From NCBI GenBank assembly GCA_037442545.1, contig JBBIQB010000001.1, positions 1 through 63,721 on the forward strand: a DNA stretch of 63,721 nt, in the 5' to 3' direction. The stretch is from Bellilinea sp. (GTDB lineage Bacteria; Chloroflexota; Anaerolineae; Anaerolineales; Anaerolineaceae). The notes under the pieces were generated by a model. That model ran no database searches and was not told the origin of the DNA. It worked only from the letters and a program-made list of their open reading frames with translations. Positions 63,465-63,721 of this stretch are shown here, in pieces. Each line of letters starts with the position of its first letter. The stretch's first letter is position 1. The translations under genes were made by a program, and so were the position numbers.

Positions 63465-63721
63465 ATGACGCGAAACCGTAAAATTCTCTTTGCCGCCAGC
63501 GGGGTTATCGGGCTGCTGGCGGGCATCAATTCGCCCGTGCTGCTGCCATACCCGCTGTTCGTGCTGGCGGTTTTGCGCGGCTGGAAACTGCCCAAATTCG
63601 GCGCTCCTGCGAGGCAACCCCGCAAGCCTGCGGGGCAATTGCTGGTTTCGACCATATTCTGCACCTTCTTCCTGGAAACATGCGCCTGGCTGGACAATTT
63701 CATCAAGAACGCGCCCCAGCC
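63465..63721 (+). CDS. Hypothetical membrane protein (runs off the window)
   Basis: GAGG RBS; open hydrophobic frame MTRNRKILFAASG...QPRKPAGQ... Confidence 0.6.
   Translation, partial: MTRNRKILFAASGVIGLLAGINSPVLLPYPLFVLAVLRGWKLPKFGAPARQPRKPAGQLLVSTIFCTFFLETCAWLDNFIKNAPQ
63606..63638. repeat. About 1.5 copies of the 21-bp palindromic element, intragenic
   Basis: CCTGCGAGG-CAACCCCGCAAGCCTGCGGGGCAA; near reverse complement of the SDR repeat unit. Confidence 0.8.

Overview
GC-rich bacterial chromosomal segment. Gene content and style (bacterial Elp3, RibXY-type riboflavin ABC transporter, GAAC-N4-GTTC LexA box, BTAD/TPR regulator, secreted proteins ending in a (Y/F)LPxxx(R/K) motif) point to Chloroflexota, probably Anaerolineae; this is inference. 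The window holds about 60 CDSs: the rplL 3' end, lexA, back-to-back FMN- and cobalamin-riboswitch-controlled vitamin ABC transporters, holB, a Yip1/ABC/COG1361/MacB cluster, elp3, tmk, yjjX, miaB, a roadblock/V4R/response-regulator operon and a GntR-SPFH-ABC operon. Two tandem parS sites suggest an origin-proximal location. Non-obvious structure: (1) a short palindromic element (CAACCCCGC-loop-GCGGGGCAA) sits inside four unrelated genes in units of 21 or 24 bp, often tandemly expanded, usually encoding QPRxx(x)AG; (2) a lower-GC copper module of about 4 kb (CopB, two-domain multicopper oxidase, FixH/YtkA) is bounded by a 29-bp direct repeat; (3) a BTAD regulator / 70-aa protein / secreted beta-helix protein cassette; (4) a dispersed CTTCGACAGGCTCAG REP-like family and one RPE-like palindrome; (5) several collapsed gene remnants, including an RCC1-repeat 3' stub missed by the ORF track; (6) candidate leaderless genes and two frameshifts. 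No tRNA, rRNA, CRISPR array, integrase or transposase was recognised. All family calls come from motif recognition, not database searches.
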